Shown: positions 62,900 through 64,000 of the stretch, piece after piece
Layout of the letters: the number at the start of each line of letters is the position of its first letter
Position numbering within the stretch: position 1 is the stretch's first letter
From: Takakia lepidozioides
Lineage: Eukaryota; Plantae; Bryophyta
Direction of reading: 5' to 3'
Assembly: GCA_030704615.1 (NCBI GenBank)
Contig: CM060732.1
Coordinates: forward strand, 50,964,001 to 51,028,000
DNA: 64,000 nt
Translations under genes and position numbers: made by a program
Notes under the pieces: generated by a model
Told to the model about the DNA's origin: nothing
Database searches by the model: none
The model's input: only the letters and a program-made list of their open reading frames with translations

Positions 62900-64000
62900 A
62901 GAATTCATGACCCCTTCAGCAGCATTGGCTTTACGATGGGATCAAACAGTCAGTCACCAATCTGAGCATCTCATATGAGACTCTAGCTATCCGCGGATAT
63001 GTGGATTCCTACACTTGAAGGGAAGTGCATATAATCTGTGGCACTGAAGAAATGCTGAACAGTTGCTAGTTTCTGCTCAACAGTAACAGCCAAGCGGAGG
63101 GGGTTCGGTGAGAACAATCGAGGATACCTTCTGTCTGGAATGTTTCTGACATGGGAAAACTTGGCTGGAGCACCGTTGAGAGTTTGAAGAAAAATCGAGG
63201 ACTTGATTCATGGCTGGAGTAAATCCTAAAGTTTCTAGGGCTTTCAGCTTTATGGAAAGGGGGGTATCCTCTCTGTCTGGTAAGGAAGGATATGTGTGGT
63301 CTGTGATTTGCGTTATCTTTCCACTAGAGCACCTTCTTGGTTGAAATGTTTCTTCTGCCAGTGGTTGTGCTACTTTTCACTAGCATTGTGGACCTTAGCG
63401 ATCCCCAGGAGACTGGAAATAGTCCTTGGTGTACCTATTGAAGGATCTGTTGATGCCTTCTGTCCTTGTGTTCGAAGTCCAAAGGAGTGTCAGGAAGCTC
63501 AATGCCGTTGTCTTGATAGAAGTGCAGTTTGTCTCTTGAAGGCTGTTTTCAAATTACAAGTGTTCTCTTGAAGGTTGAGCTATCTTTAATCCTTTTTGTA
63601 GCATTTAGGTTTGAAGAGGTCCTTCCACATGGAGCCTCCCCTGGCAGTGATAAAGAGGGACCTCTCATTCAAAGAATATGATGGAAGCAGCATCCACTTA
63701 CATGGCCCATAGAATTCTGAGGTTTGGGTTATTCCTTGGAATGAGGATATAGCTCAGGGAATGAAGAGAGAATATTTAAAATGACTGATGAGTGTGGGCT
63801 GCTGATTGTGCAGTGAAAGCCACTCTTGAGGAACTTAAAAGAAGAGAAGACAAAGCATTTAGTCAGATAGAGGCGACCTACCTGGAGGTGCATGCAGTAA
63901 GTGTGTCTTCTCTGTTTCATGTCCCACCTACTGGGAGGATTGGTGCCTTCATCGATTTATTACTCGTAGCCTTTGGAATTGTCATCTAGCCATCCGTCCC
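62900..64000 (-). mobile_element. Highly degenerate LINE 3' remnant (tentative)
   Basis: Fragmentary translations GGSMWKDL, IKSSIFL..LNGA and C..EQKLATVQHFF.C resemble the zf-RVT region; many stops. Confidence 0.35.

Noticed and set aside
63785-63818. Hammerhead ribozyme core (CTGATGA...GAAA)
   Set aside because: Stem II does not close properly next to the core, and no matching stems I/III with a cleavage triplet were evident.

Overview
Eukaryotic, intron-containing, transposon-rich genomic DNA that looks like a non-seed land plant (bryophyte- or lycophyte-like). This is inferred from a PLS-class PPR remnant, a plant TauE/SafE gene, a WIYLD domain, a Crinkler-like remnant and the TE types. 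Only one host gene appears intact: a ~2,005-aa protein (55011-62585, +) with an unusual WIYLD + low-complexity + four U2AF65-like RRM + CCCH zinc-finger architecture. The most striking region is 1-8.3 kb, apparently one arm of a large DNA transposon. It carries a minus-strand gene resembling the N-terminus of a MULE-like transposase and a divergent multi-exon gene that fuses a ParB/Srx-like domain (DGNHR) to a bacterial beta-class N4C/N6A DNA-methyltransferase fold. One intron of that gene holds an array of seven ~20-bp palindromes (GAATGKCG-TTGA-CGMCATTC), spaced ~95-160 bp apart and more conserved than their spacers. The rest is nested debris: TauE and PPR pseudogenes, three Ty3/gypsy fragments, a CACTA MITE with TIR and TSD, two copies of a structured tRNA-derived SINE, LINE remnants, a SWIM fragment, Helitron-like repeats, a decayed hAT transposase, a CRN-like NTPase remnant, and an AT-rich island with two orphan ORFs. 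All family assignments come from motif recognition by eye; no database search was run.
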